This document shows, one piece after another, positions 44,922 through 56,562 of a stretch of 64,000 bases of DNA. How positions within the stretch are numbered: position 1 is the first letter of the stretch; every line of letters starts with the position of its first letter. A program made the position numbers and the translations under genes. The stretch lies in the NCBI GenBank assembly GCA_963785305.1, contig CAWAUV010000009.1, positions 128,001 to 192,000 on the forward strand, in the 5' to 3' direction. The notes beneath the pieces are model-generated. The model searched no databases, had not been told where the DNA came from, and saw only the letters and a list, made by a program, of their open reading frames with translations. Source of the stretch: an uncultured Planctomycetaceae bacterium. Its GTDB lineage: Bacteria; Planctomycetota; Planctomycetia; Pirellulales; PALSA-1355.

Positions 44922-45905
44922 ATGCGAATCGTGCTCTGTTATCCGGTCGGACCGCGGCATATCGAGCAAATTTCCCAAGCGGCGCCAGGGGCGGAGATCG
45001 TCGACGCCGGCCAGGATCGCGTGGCCCAAGAAATCCATGCCGCCGACATTTTTTGCGGACATGCCAAAGTCCCGCTCGACTGGGACACGGTCGTCGCCGC
45101 CGGCCGGCTTCGCTGGATTCAATCCTCGGCCGCGGGGCTCGATCACTGTCTCACGCCGAGTGTGATTGACTCGAAGATCACGGTGACGAGCGCCTCGGGA
45201 GTGCTGGCCGATCAGGTGTCGGAGCAGGCGTTGGCCCTGCTTTTGGGACTGATGCGCGGGCTGCCTGTTTTTTTCCGCGCCCAAGCCTCCAAGGAGTTCA
45301 TCCGCCGGCCGACGCGCGATCTACATCGCCAGACGGTCGGCATCGTGGGTTTTGGCGGCGTGGGACGGCGAATCGCCGCGGTGCTCAGGCCGTTTCGCGT
45401 GCGAATCTTGGCTGCGGACATGTTCCCGATCGATAAACCCGACTATGTCGAAGCGCTTCTGCCCCACACGGCGCTCGACGAATTGCTGCCGCAACTCGAT
45501 GTGCTGCTCTTGGCAGTGCCGCTTACGGACCTCACGCGCGGCATGATCGACGGCCGCCGGCTGGCGCTGCTGCGGCCCGGCGCGATCTTGATCAATGTTG
45601 CCCGCGGGCCGCTGGTGGATGAGCCGGCGCTGGTCGCGGCGCTCGAGTCGGGCCGGCTATGGGGGGCGGGCGTCGATGTGACAGCCCATGAGCCGCTGCC
45701 GCCGGAGAGCAAGCTCTGGGATCAGAAAAACGTGATCATCACGCCACACGTGGGCGGGCAGAGCGAGTGGCGGATCGATCAAATGACCGATTTCTTCGTC
45801 GACAATCTGGCCCGTGATCGCGAAGGTCGGCCGCTGAGAAATCTGGTCGACAAGCGCCTTGGCTTTCCGGTTCCGCCGGGCATGGCGGCGCGACCGGGGA
45901 TGTAG
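44922..45905 (+). CDS. D-2-hydroxyacid dehydrogenase (NAD-binding)
   Basis: VGIVGFGGVG, LINVARGPLVDE, DVTAHEPLP, ITPHVGG. Confidence 0.93.
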   Translation: MRIVLCYPVGPRHIEQISQAAPGAEIVDAGQDRVAQEIHAADIFCGHAKVPLDWDTVVAAGRLRWIQSSAAGLDHCLTPSVIDSKITVTSASGVLADQVSEQALALLLGLMRGLPVFFRAQASKEFIRRPTRDLHRQTVGIVGFGGVGRRIAAVLRPFRVRILAADMFPIDKPDYVEALLPHTALDELLPQLDVLLLAVPLTDLTRGMIDGRRLALLRPGAILINVARGPLVDEPALVAALESGRLWGAGVDVTAHEPLPPESKLWDQKNVIITPHVGGQSEWRIDQMTDFFVDNLARDREGRPLRNLVDKRLGFPVPPGMAARPGM

Positions 45906-46346
45906 CAGCCGTTGAATAATTCAACAGGCGCCAGACGCCGCGGTATGGACGGAGCGACCGAGCGGCGTTTTTCGCTTACGCGTTGATTTTTGTTTTTGGA
46001 GTGTTATAATACGGTTAGTGAGACGACGTCTGGACGGTCGCCAACCGCGGTGGCGGCGTCCGGGGCTACCATGATTCCCTCGTTATGGGAAGCGCCTGAC
46101 ACGACAGGCCATTCATTACGGGCTAGCCTCATTGTCGCCGCCTCGGGATCCGTGCTTCTTGTGCTCGCAAGAGTGGAGGGGCGTAATGCTTGATCCACCG
46201 GGTTGGTCGGCGGGGTCGCGCTGAAAAACGCGGCTCCGCAACGAAACGTCTCGTTGCTTTATTCACTTTTCAGGCCGGCGCGATTTGCATCTGCAATTCG
46301 CGCCGGCCTTGCTTTTGCGCCGCCCTTTTATCGGTGCCTGAATGGG

Positions 46347-49043
46347 TCAGTGTTCCACCACGACCCGTGCTTGTCGCTCGCGGAGCCAAGCCAGCGCGGA
46401 CTCGGGGGTGAGCCCGTCGATGTCGAGACGCTTGAGCTCCTCCACCACCGGGTGATCGTCATGGCCGAAGAGCGTGAGCTGCAAGTCGCCGGCGCGGCGG
46501 GAGCGGCCGCGGCGGGCGAGTTTGGCGTGGCCTTGGCCGTCGATGCTTTGGTTTTCGAGCTGCGCGAGAATCTGCTTCGCGCGCTCGACCACGGAGCTCG
46601 GCGCCCCGGCGAGACGGGCGACATGAATTCCGTAGCTTTTGTCGGCGGCGCCGGCCGCGATCTTGTGGAGAAACACCACTTGGTCTTGCCACTCGCGCAC
46701 CGCCACATTCAGGTTCTTCACTCCCGGCAGGTCCTTGGCCAAGGCCGTGAGCTCGTGGTAATGGGTGGCGAAGAGCGTGCGGCAGCCGACTTCGTCGTGC
46801 ATGAATTCGGTCACGGCCCAGGCGAGCGAAAGGCCATCGTAGGTGCTCGTGCCTCGACCGATTTCGTCGAGAATCACGAGACTACGGCGGGTAGCCAGAC
46901 GCAGAATGCGAGCCGTTTCGATCATTTCGACCATGAAAGTACTCTGGCCCCGGGCGAGCTCATCGCTGGCGCCCACGCGGGCGAAAAGCCGATCGCAAAT
47001 GCCCACCGTGGCCGACTTCGCCGGCACGAAGCTGCCCACCTGCGTCATCAGCGAGATCAGCGCCACTTGGCGAATGAACGTGCTCTTGCCGGCCATGTTC
47101 GGCCCGGTCACGAGGAGCGTCGTTCCGCCCGCGGTCGTCTCGGGCGCGAAGCCGGCGCCATCGGTCGACGACAACGCGCCATTGCCGGCCGCCGCGTCGG
47201 CCTGGCGCGGATCGCGGCGCCCGGCCGAAATGGACATCGTTGGGCACGAACGACCCGGCCGGCAAGCAGGCATCGAGCACCGGATGCCGGCCTTCGACAA
47301 TCGCGAGCACGGGCTCCGCGACAACCGTGGGCCGGCAGTAGCCGCGCTCGCGCGCCAAGCCGGCGAGAGATACCAGCACATCGAGCTGCGCAAGCGCCAA
47401 GGCGGTCGATTGAAGACGACGTGTTTCCGCGGCGACGCGGGCCCGCAACTGGCCGAACAGCTCGTATTCCAACTCTTTCGAGCGATCGAGCGCGGCGAGC
47501 ACTTTTTCCTCGTATTCCTTCAGTTCGGGCGTGATATAGCGCTCGGCGTTTTTGACGGTCTGTTTGCGAATGTAATGCGCTGGAACCTTGGCCCCATGCA
47601 CGTTCGTGATTTCAAGATAGTAGCCGAAGACTTTGTTGAAACCAATCTTGAGGCTGGCGATGCCCGAGCGCTGGGCCTCCTCGGCCTGATAGCGGGCAAT
47701 CCATTGTTTGCCTCCGGCGGCGAGCTCGCGCAGTTCGTCGAGCCGGGCGTCGAAGCCGGCGCGGATAAAGCCGCCTTCACCAGCCACGAGCGGGCAATCG
47801 TCTTCGAGCGCGGCCTCGAGCAGCGCGCGAATCTCGGAGCAAAGATCGATCTGCTGTTCGAGCCGCGATAAAAGGCGACTTCGCCGGCAGGTGATCTTGG
47901 CCTTGAGGCCCGGCAGGAAACGCAGCGTGCGCCCGACAAAGCACAAATCGCGCGGGCTGGCTCGGCCGGTGGTGATGCGGGCCAAGAGTCGAGCGAGGTC
48001 GTAGACGCCGCGGAGCATTTCGCTCAGCTCGCCCGCCAAGACCGGCTCGCCTACAAGCTCGCCCACGGCATCGAGACGATCGTCGATTTGCGCAGTCGGT
48101 CAGCGGATTGGCCACCCAATCGGCCAGCAGTCTCGAGCCCATGGCGGTGGCGGCGCGATCGAGCACTCCCAGCAACGAGCCCTCGCGGCGGCCATCGCGC
48201 ATCGTGCGGGTAATTTCCAGGCTGCGGCGGGTCGATTCGTCGATCTCGAGCGCGTCGCCTGGCGCAGTAGCGCACGAGTCCGTCGATGTGGCCGAGCGAA
48301 GTTTTTTGAGTTTCGATCAGATAATCGAGCAGCGCGCCGGCGGCGGCGATCGCCGGCGTGTCGCGCTCCGTGAATCCAAAGCCTTCGAGCGTGTGGACCC
48401 CGAATTGCTTGGCCAGACGCTCGGCCGCCCCCCGCGGGGCAAAAGCCCAGGCCGGCCGGCGCGTCACGAGGCAGCGCTGCCCGGTCGTCGCCTCGGGACT
48501 CGCGATGCCCGGCTGCTCGAGCGACACCAACAGCTCGACCGGCGCAATGCGAGCCAGCTCATCGGCCAGGAGCGCTCGCCCCGGACACGAGGCGAGGAAT
48601 CGGCCGGTCGACAGCTCGACCCAGGCCAAGCCGGCCGGATCGCCATCGACCACGGCGGCCAGATAGTTGTTGGCCCGCGGATCGAGCAGGGCGTCGTCGG
48701 TGATGGTGCCCGGCGACACGATTCTCGCGACTTCTCGGCGGACGAGCCCCTTGGCCTGCTTGGGGTCTTCGACCTGCTCGCAAATCGCGGCGCGGAAGCC
48801 GAGCGCGATCAGTTTGGCAAGATAGCTTTCGAGTTGATGATGGGGAAAGCCGGCCATTGGCACGGCGTTTTCACCTTTTTCGCGGCTGGTGAGCGTGAGC
48901 CCGAGCGCGCGGGCGGCGGTTTTGGCGTCTTCATGAAAAAGTTCGTAGAAGTCGCCCATGCGGAATAACAGGAGCGCATCTCCGCACACCGCCTTGGCGT
49001 CGAAGTATTGCTGCATCATCGGCGAGACGGCCATCGAATCCAC
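46347..49043 (-). CDS. mutS: DNA mismatch repair protein MutS (apparent sequencing frameshifts)
   Basis: [57 protein letters not shown] across ORFs 48051..49043, 47777..48202, 46960..48066 and 46347..47393. Confidence 0.96.
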
Positions 49044-49069
49044 GCTCCGCGGGTTGACTCACGCTCGTT

Positions 49070-50359
49070 TCAAAGCGTGCGGCCATCGTGGATCGCGGCG
49101 CCTTTTTCCAGCACCACGATGCCATCGGAAATGGTGAACTCGCCCGACTCCGGAGCATTTTGCACATTGCGCGCGTTGATGATCTTCACATCTTTTCCAA
49201 TACGGCAGTCCTTGTCGATAATCGCGCCGTCGATGATCGTGCGGTCGCCGATACCCAAGAGCGGACGATTCTCGGCCCGCGCGGCGGCCATTTCCTCGGG
49301 CGTTTCGTACATATCGGAGCCCATCAGCACCGAGTTGCGAATCGTCACATTGTGACCGATGCGGCAGCGGAGCCCGATCACGCTGTTTTCGATCACCGTG
49401 CCGCTTTCGATCAGACAGCCGTCGGCCACAAGGCTATTTTTCACGCTGGCGCCATCGAGCCGAGAGGGCGCCAAGAACCGGGCCCGGGTGTAGATCGGCG
49501 CTTGAGCGCTGGCCAAATCGAACGGCCGGTCGTGGGCCGCGAGGCCGAGATTGGCGTCGTAAAACGATTTGATCGTGCCGATGTCTTCCCAATAGCCATC
49601 GAACAGATCGACCTGCACGCGGTGCGAGCGAATCGAGGCCGGAAAGATTTCCTTGCCGAAATCGCGGTAATCGGTCTTGGTGAGCAGGTCGACGAGCGTT
49701 TGACGATTGAACAAATAAATGCCCATGCTCGCCAGACAGTCGCGGCCCTGGCTGGGAATGCCCCGCCCGTCGATCCAGGCCGGGTCCATGCGGACCATGT
49801 CCATTTCGGCGTGGGTCTGCGGTTTTTCCAGGAATCCCACGACTCGGCCGCGATCGTCAACGCGCATAATGCCCATCGACTTGGCCGTTTCCCGATCGAC
49901 CGGCCGGGCGGCAATGCTCACATCGGCCCCGCTGGCCCGATGCGCGGCCACGAGCTTGCCGAAGTCCATTCGATAAAGCTGATCGCCCGAGAGGATCAGC
50001 ACCTGCTGAACGTCGGTCTGTTCGATATAGCGAATGTGCTGCCGCACGGCGTCGGCGGTGCCCTGATACCAGCCTTGGCCGCTGTCGAGCGTTTGCTGGG
50101 CGGCAAGAATCTCAACAAAGCCGTCGTCGAACTGATCGAAAATATACGTGCGGCGAATATGCCGATGCAAACTCACGGAATTGAACTGCGTGAGCACGTA
50201 GATTCGATTCAGCCCGCTGTTGATGCAGTTCGACAGCGGGATATCGATCAGGCGGTACTTGCCAGCCAGCGGCACCGCCGGCTTCGAGCGATATTTCGTC
50301 AGCGGATAGAGCCGCGTGCCGCGGCCACCGCCCAAAACCAGGGTGATGACTTTACGCAT
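49070..50359 (-). CDS. glgC: Glucose-1-phosphate adenylyltransferase
   Basis: LGGGRGTRLYPLT..RSKPAVPLAGKYRLIDIP, WYQGTADAV, ILSGDQLY, FLEKP, ASMGIY, YWEDIGT, beta-helix tail. Confidence 0.95.
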   Translation of the reverse strand: MRKVITLVLGGGRGTRLYPLTKYRSKPAVPLAGKYRLIDIPLSNCINSGLNRIYVLTQFNSVSLHRHIRRTYIFDQFDDGFVEILAAQQTLDSGQGWYQGTADAVRQHIRYIEQTDVQQVLILSGDQLYRMDFGKLVAAHRASGADVSIAARPVDRETAKSMGIMRVDDRGRVVGFLEKPQTHAEMDMVRMDPAWIDGRGIPSQGRDCLASMGIYLFNRQTLVDLLTKTDYRDFGKEIFPASIRSHRVQVDLFDGYWEDIGTIKSFYDANLGLAAHDRPFDLASAQAPIYTRARFLAPSRLDGASVKNSLVADGCLIESGTVIENSVIGLRCRIGHNVTIRNSVLMGSDMYETPEEMAAARAENRPLLGIGDRTIIDGAIIDKDCRIGKDVKIINARNVQNAPESGEFTISDGIVVLEKGAAIHDGRTL

Positions 50360-50541
50360 GGGGGTTCGGTCCGAGGGTCTCAAAAGAGGGGGAAACTGAG
50401 GGCGCCCGACGCATTGTAACCGCTGGGCGTTTGAAAATAGAGTCCGACCGCGGGGAAATCTCGCCATCGCGAAAGAGATTCGGGCGGTCGAGGCGTTGAG
50501 GCGGGATCCGTTGGAATTCACGGCAATCGTTGCGCCGCCCG

Positions 50542-51232
50542 TCAACTTCCCGGCGGGCGCTGCCGCCCATAGGCGCTCAGCCGGCCCACGAACGGATTGC
50601 TCTCGATCTCGCGGCCGATCGTGGTCTCGGGACCGTGGCCGGAATAGACGCATGTATCCTCGGGCAGCGGAAACAGAATGCCGCCATATGCCGTCGGCGA
50701 GCGATCGGAAGTCGCCGTCGGGAAAGTCGGTCCGGCCAATGCTGCCGGCGAACAGCACATCGCCACCGAAAACGATCCACGGCCGGGGTTGGCGGCATAA
50801 AAACACGACATGCCCCCGGGAATGGCCGGGAATCAGCAGTGTCTCGAATTCCATTCCCGCAGCCGAAAAGAGCTGTCCGTCGTCGAGCAACTGGTCGGCC
50901 GGAGGGCTCGTAAGTTGCGTCCCAAAAGCGGCCGACAGGTTTTGCCAAGGGTCGGTCAGCTTGGGAGCGTCGAGCCGGCCGATCACGATCGGGCAGTCGG
51001 GCCATCGCTTTTTCATTGCCCCGTTGCCGGCAATATGGTCGCTATGTCCATGGGTAATCAGTATTGCCGTCGGAACGCGACCCATCTCGTCGAGAAACTC
51101 GATCACCGCATCGGGCTCCATGCCCGGGTCGATCACAACGGCGTCGGGCCGGCCGTCAAGACAGGCAATGTACGTGTTCTCGGAAAACGGGGACGAGACA
51201 ACGGTTTTTATGGAGAGACGCAGGCTTGTCAT
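50542..51232 (-). CDS. MBL-fold metallo-hydrolase (glyoxalase II-like; frameshift near 50680)
   Basis: THGHSDHIAG, PGHSRG, GDVLFAGSIGRTD; then YSGHGPETTIGRE...NPF in ORF 50542..50811. Confidence 0.9.
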
Positions 51233-51641
51233 AAAATCGACCTCCCGGCAAAGTCGCTGGTCCGATAAGATAGGACGAGAGCGCAACGGTCGAACAGCGA
51301 TGGCGGTCGTCGGGCAACGGAGTCTCGTGGCGCCATGCGGTCCGCGGGCATCGGGAAATTGCAATTAGATTGTAACGCGAGGATGTCGGAACTCCGATGG
51401 CCTACGCGTGCCGCGACGCCTGAAAAAGCCGATGTCGCGATAATCGCCGCGAAGCTGTAATGTATCGCGAACCTGTAATGTATTTTGTCGTGGAGCGACT
51501 TTGGACTTTTGCGGCGCCCCCCTCGGGCGTCGATCACCCCAAGTCGGGCCACTTGGCGCGCCAATTGCACAACGAGGCGGGTTTTTGAATCGCACCGGGC
51601 TCACGCGGTCGACTCGAACACCCCAAGGTGGAGGAAAACGG

Positions 51642-52618
51642 ATGTCGATTCACTTCGCTCTCTCGAATGCCAAGCTCGACGATCGAATGTCGCGACAGCA
51701 AGCGGGCCGCCGGAACGAATATGCCCGGGCCGGCTGGGGCCTCGTGGCCCTGGGATGCTTGGCAATGGGCGGTTCGCTCGGCGGCTACGACGCCTGGCGC
51801 AATCCCCCTCGGCCGAAACTCCGACTGGTCGGACCGATCGCGAGTCGCTCCAGCAGCCGGTTTATAAGGTGGCCGTCAAAAACGTGGCCGTCACCGAGAC
51901 CGTGGTTCCGGCCACGCCACCGGAGCACCCGCTGGTTCCCGCGATTCGTCTGGCCAAGGCGTCGCTCGACCATATCCATCACGATATTCACGACTACACC
52001 GCGAAAATGGTGAAGCGCGAGCGCATCAACGGCACGCTCAACGAGCCGGAAAGCATGTTTATCAAGGTGCGTCAGCAGCCGTTTAGCGTGTATATGCGTT
52101 TCATCGGCCCCAAGCGGCTCGATGGCCAAGAGGTCATTTACATGGCCGGCAAGAACGATGGCAAAATGATCGCCCATGGCGTGGGACTCAGGAAAATGCT
52201 CGGCGCCGTGTCGCTCGACCCCAATGGAGCGATCGCGATGCAAGGCCAGCGCTACCCGATTACGGAGTTGGGATTCGGGAATTTGACCCGACGGTTGATC
52301 GAAGTGGCCGAACACGACACGAAGTACGACAACTGCAAAGTCGATTTTCATAACAACGCCACGCTCAACGGCCGGCCGTGCATCGGGATTACGGTGACGC
52401 ATGCCCATCCGCGGCCGGAGTTCAAGTTCAACGTGGCCACGATCATGCTCGACCGCGAGTTGAACGTGCCGGTGCATTACTCGGCCCGCGAGTGGCCGAC
52501 TCGGGCGGGCGGTGCGCCGGAACTGCTCGAGGAATACACCTATGTCGATATCAAGATCAATCAAGACCTGACCGACGCCGACTTCGACGACAGAAACCCG
52601 AAGTACAATTTTCACTAA
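51642..52618 (+). CDS. DUF1571-like exported protein (N-terminal frameshift)
   Basis: DYTAKMVKRERING, PFSVYM, RYPITELG, LLEEYTY, LTDADFD..NPKYNF. Confidence 0.8.
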
Positions 52619-52680
52619 GCGCCTATCCGACGACTCCCCGCTCTCCGTTTGGGAGAGTGTAGGGTGAGGGTTCCCGGGTC
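52616..52680. repeat. Partial MITE-like copy 4 overlapping a stop codon
   Basis: taagcgcctatccgacgactccccgctctccg...gtagggtgaggg aligns with the copies at 32456 and 34511. Confidence 0.6.
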
Positions 52681-52753
52681 AAGTGGCTGCCACCAACGCG
52701 CGGCGGCTGTCCTCCGGCGGCTGCGCCGCCACCTTCTCCCAGAGGGAGAAGGG

Positions 52754-53370
52754 TTAGGCGAAGAGCGCTCGGACACAGATTTGCGACCAAGTTTCGAAGG
52801 CCGATAGGTCGGCAAGCAGGATTTCCACCGGCACGAAGCCGGTCGCGTGCATCGCCGCTTCGCGCGGGCGGACTTTGGGTTCCTTCACATCGCACAGATG
52901 CACGATGCCCAAGTGGACTCGTCCAACCGGCGTTTCGTCATCGTTGATCAGGCCCACGCAGCGAATCGCGTGGTCGGTCTCGATGAACACTTCTTCTTCC
53001 AATTCGCGACGCATGCCCTCGGCATAGGTTTCGTGTCGCGAGGGCGCTCGTCGTCGATCGAGATATGCCCGCCGACTCCGACGCTCCGTTTGCTATGCAG
53101 CCGTCCCTCGCCCAGGCCGCTGCCACGCGTGTATTGAAACACGCTCAAGCGGCCATTGGCGTCGCGATGTTGAAACACCACATAGGGAATCAATTGCTTG
53201 AAGCTCGGGTCTTCCTCCACTTCATGCCGCGGGCGATAGCTGCCATGTTCCGGGCCCAAGAGGGCCTCGAGATAGCGGCCGGGCTCGTGACAAAACCCTT
53301 GGAAATAGCCGACCTCGCGAAACTCCGCCGTGGGCACGACCAATACCCGCTCGACCAAATGCGACGACAC
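52754..53370 (-). CDS. Predicted NUDIX-family phosphoesterase (frameshifted)
   Basis: [43 protein letters not shown]. Confidence 0.85.
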
Positions 53371-53431
53371 TCGCGGCTCCCCTCATATTCCCGTTGAAAA
53401 CAATCCCACAAGATTCGACGAGCTTCGCAAC

Positions 53432-54418
53432 TCACACATCGCACAGTTCGACGCCCTGCCACAGGGCCGCGAGTTGATTCGGGCCCTTGGGAATAAACTC
53501 TTGCCCCACATAGCCGGTATAGCCGGTGTCGAGAATCGCCTGCATGATCGGCGGGTAGTTGATCTCTTGCGTGTTATCCAGATCGTTGCGGCCCGGGTTG
53601 CCCGCGGTGTGGTAGTGGCCGATCAGGTCCTTGTATTCGCGAATCCGGGTAATGATGTCGCCTTCCATGATCTGCACGTGGTAGATGTCGAACAGGATTT
53701 TCATGTTGGGCGAACCCACTTGCCGACAGACCTGTGCCGCCCAGTCGACTTTGTCGCATTGGTAGTCGGGATGTCCCTTCATGTGCGTCGCGACGCGCGA
53801 GTTGAGCACCTCGATGCAAATGTTGACCTTCTTTTTCTCCGCGAGCCCGATGACTTGCTTGAGGCCGGCCACGGTGTTCTTGATGCCTTCCTCGTCGGAG
53901 AGATGATCGCGCATTCCGGAGAACGTGATCACATTTGGAAAGCCCGCGTCGCCCGTGGCTTCGATCGATTCGCGGAGCTTGGCGAGGCACTCGGGATGAT
54001 ATTCCACGCGATTGAGCCCGCGCACAAAGGTGTGGCTCGGTGTCATGGCGCAAATGAGGCCATTGCGCTTGAGGGTGTCGAACTCCTTGATCGGCACGAT
54101 CTCCACGCTCTTGAGGCCCATGGCCTTGGCGGCTTCGGCCAATGTGGCGAGCGGCATCGGGTCGAAGCACCAGTGACACACGGACTGGTTAATGCGGCCG
54201 TTCTTGATTTTGCCCGGCTCGCTCGACGCCGACCGCGAATTCACCGCGCTCTTGCCGGCCGATGTCGCTTCGGCGGCGCCGACCGATCGGGTCAATGCCG
54301 CGAGGCCAGCCGTGACGGCGCCGGCGCTCGCCAGCCAACTCCGCCGCGTGAGTCCCTCGGCGGGCGAAGATGATTTCGAACTATCCACGGGCGACATCGA
54401 GCGATCGGCGGGGCGCAT
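53432..54418 (-). CDS. Tat-exported hydroxypyruvate-isomerase-family TIM barrel protein
   Basis: TRRSWL Tat motif; IEVLNSR, LFDIYHVQIMEGD, HTAGNPGR, VGQEFIP. Confidence 0.9.
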   Translation of the reverse strand: MRPADRSMSPVDSSKSSSPAEGLTRRSWLASAGAVTAGLAALTRSVGAAEATSAGKSAVNSRSASSEPGKIKNGRINQSVCHWCFDPMPLATLAEAAKAMGLKSVEIVPIKEFDTLKRNGLICAMTPSHTFVRGLNRVEYHPECLAKLRESIEATGDAGFPNVITFSGMRDHLSDEEGIKNTVAGLKQVIGLAEKKKVNICIEVLNSRVATHMKGHPDYQCDKVDWAAQVCRQVGSPNMKILFDIYHVQIMEGDIITRIREYKDLIGHYHTAGNPGRNDLDNTQEINYPPIMQAILDTGYTGYVGQEFIPKGPNQLAALWQGVELCDV

Positions 54419-54588
54419 GGCGAATACCTCGTGCTTGGGGCTTAGTGAATCGGGGCGGGGGGCAATGGCCGACCGAGGAAGGTTCGACTCCAAGTCGGCG
54501 CACGGGCAACGTGCTTCGGTTGCGTTGCTCCATTGTGCCAGCTTTCGGCCCGGTCGCAAGCAGTCGCCATGCCGGCGGCAAACTGTTT

Positions 54589-56511
54589 TCAACCCGCGCC
54601 CCAGCCCGGCAGTTTCGTGGGCGGGGCCCAAACCGGCGAGCCCGCGGCCTTAAGCTTGCGTTTGTAGAGCCGCCCGCTGGAAATGACAAAAAGCGTGTCA
54701 AAGTTTGGCCCGCCGAAGCAGAGCGCTTCCGCCTTGCCCGCCGGCAGCGGCATGATCAGCCGCGAGCGGCCATTGCGGTCGAAAACTTGCACTCCCATTT
54801 GGGTGGCGGAGTACAGTCGGCCATCGCGATCCATGCGCCATGCGCCGGCCCCGCTCTCGTCGGCCCAGTCGGGCACATGGAACCAGTAGAATTGTTGCCC
54901 AACATCGAGTTTGCCATCGGCCGCGACCCGATAGCTGTAGCCCCAGTGTGAGTCGTGTTCGGCCACGGCGAGCCAAAGTCCGTCGGGCGAAAGCGCCACG
55001 CCGGCTGGATTTTTGAGTTCCTCGGCGAGGATCGACTTTTCGCCCTTCGCCGAGACCAGCCACGCTTTGCCGCTCGGGCGAGTTCGCGAATTGCCGTCGG
55101 AAGCCGCCGCGCCCGGTTCGCTCCCGACGATATATATTGAGCCGTCGTGTAGAACGATGAAATCCGCCGCGGCCACGCCTTCGGCAACCGTCTGGGCAGC
55201 GCCCGAGGAATCGTAAGCGGTGATTTTTCCGGCCGCTCGATCGGCGGCGTAAATCCGGCCGTCGGCGCCGATTGCAAGCGGACCCTCGCCGGGAGCGATC
55301 GTCGGAACAAGTTTCGGCTTCGGGGGCTCGGTCGTTTCGTCGTCGACGAATTTGTACGTCTTATGGTCGGCTTGGCCGCGGAAGTAAATGGCGCCTTCGG
55401 AGTCGGCCGCGAGCGCGTTGGGCGCCACCTGGACCAAAGGCGACTTGGCATCGTCGCGGGGCAATAGCTCCTGCCAGCGTTCGCAAGGCGTGACGATGGA
55501 TTTGGAGAATGTATTTTGCGTTTCGCCCATGGTGACAGGGGCCGGCCAATCCTTCCAGAGCCAGCGCATCGCGTCGGGAAAAATCTGCGTGGCATGCCGT
55601 CCGCTGTGACCGCCCACGCCCCAGGCATGTTCGACCTGATAGCCCGAGAAACGCAGGGCCCGCTCGACGCCTTGATTGCCGTTCCACCAGTCGCCCACCT
55701 CGGGCCCTCCGCCCCACTGATCGTTTTCGCCGTCTTGCATGAAGACGCGGAGCGGCTTCGGCTCGGTCTTGCGAATGAGCACCGGATAGCGATCACCACC
55801 GCGCATGCCGACAAACGTGCCGATCGCCGTGAACACGCGGCGAAAGGCGTCGGGCCGTTCCCAGGCGAGCGTAAACGCCGCGATGCCGCCGGTGCTGCCC
55901 CCGCCGGTGCAGCGATCGTTCCCCTCATGCGACAGCACGATCGGAAGTCCGTCGGGCGTCTTGTGCTTTTCCACCTCGGGCAGCACTTCGTCGAGCACCA
56001 GCCGGGCCAATGCGTCGTTGAGCCCGTCGAATTCGAAACTGCGATTGAACCTCGGATCGGTGGGCGCCTGGGCCGAGGGAACTTGTCCGGGCGAGACGCC
56101 GATTGCGATCACGACCGGCATCTCGCGCTTGTGAATCAAATTGTCGAACACGATCGGGGCGTCGAAGCCCAACCCGTCGAGCGCGACATACACACAGGCC
56201 GGCTGATTGCCCGTGTACTGGGCCGGGACATAGACCGAGATTGTGCGCGTCGTGCCGGGAAAGACTTTCGAGTCGCTAAAAGGGAATTGAAAGATTTTCC
56301 CCCGGGGAACATCGGGCTGACGTTTTGAATCGGGGCCGGGTTGATAGTCGGCGTCGGTCCGAGCGGCCTTATCCGACGGCGTGGCCGACGGAGCGGCCGA
56401 CGGATTCTCTTGCGACCGGAGGGGCGACGCCCAGCCGCAGAAGATCGTCGCCACGGTTGCTCCCAGCGACAATATTGCGTTCAGAGACAAAGGTCGAGAC
56501 GCGCGAAACAT
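54589..56511 (-). CDS. Secreted esterase (Fes-like alpha/beta hydrolase) fused to SMP-30/gluconolactonase domain
   Basis: Signal peptide; GGGSTGG nucleophile elbow, RSFEFD; propeller PAGVALSPDG, MDRDGRLY, FGGPNFDTLF. Confidence 0.88.
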   Translation of the reverse strand: MFRASRPLSLNAILSLGATVATIFCGWASPLRSQENPSAAPSATPSDKAARTDADYQPGPDSKRQPDVPRGKIFQFPFSDSKVFPGTTRTISVYVPAQYTGNQPACVYVALDGLGFDAPIVFDNLIHKREMPVVIAIGVSPGQVPSAQAPTDPRFNRSFEFDGLNDALARLVLDEVLPEVEKHKTPDGLPIVLSHEGNDRCTGGGSTGGIAAFTLAWERPDAFRRVFTAIGTFVGMRGGDRYPVLIRKTEPKPLRVFMQDGENDQWGGGPEVGDWWNGNQGVERALRFSGYQVEHAWGVGGHSGRHATQIFPDAMRWLWKDWPAPVTMGETQNTFSKSIVTPCERWQELLPRDDAKSPLVQVAPNALAADSEGAIYFRGQADHKTYKFVDDETTEPPKPKLVPTIAPGEGPLAIGADGRIYAADRAAGKITAYDSSGAAQTVAEGVAAADFIVLHDGSIYIVGSEPGAAASDGNSRTRPSGKAWLVSAKGEKSILAEELKNPAGVALSPDGLWLAVAEHDSHWGYSYRVAADGKLDVGQQFYWFHVPDWADESGAGAWRMDRDGRLYSATQMGVQVFDRNGRSRLIMPLPAGKAEALCFGGPNFDTLFVISSGRLYKRKLKAAGSPVWAPPTKLPGWGAG

Positions 56512-56562
56512 GGTTCGTATATCCCTGGGGTGCGTTCGTTGCGGGTCGGCATTGTGCGACAG

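Noticed and set aside
49070..51364. 764-aa MBL-hydrolase-GlgC fusion ORF
   Set aside because: Created by a frameshift near 50680; the real MBL C-terminus is in another frame and glgC has its own ATG at 50359.
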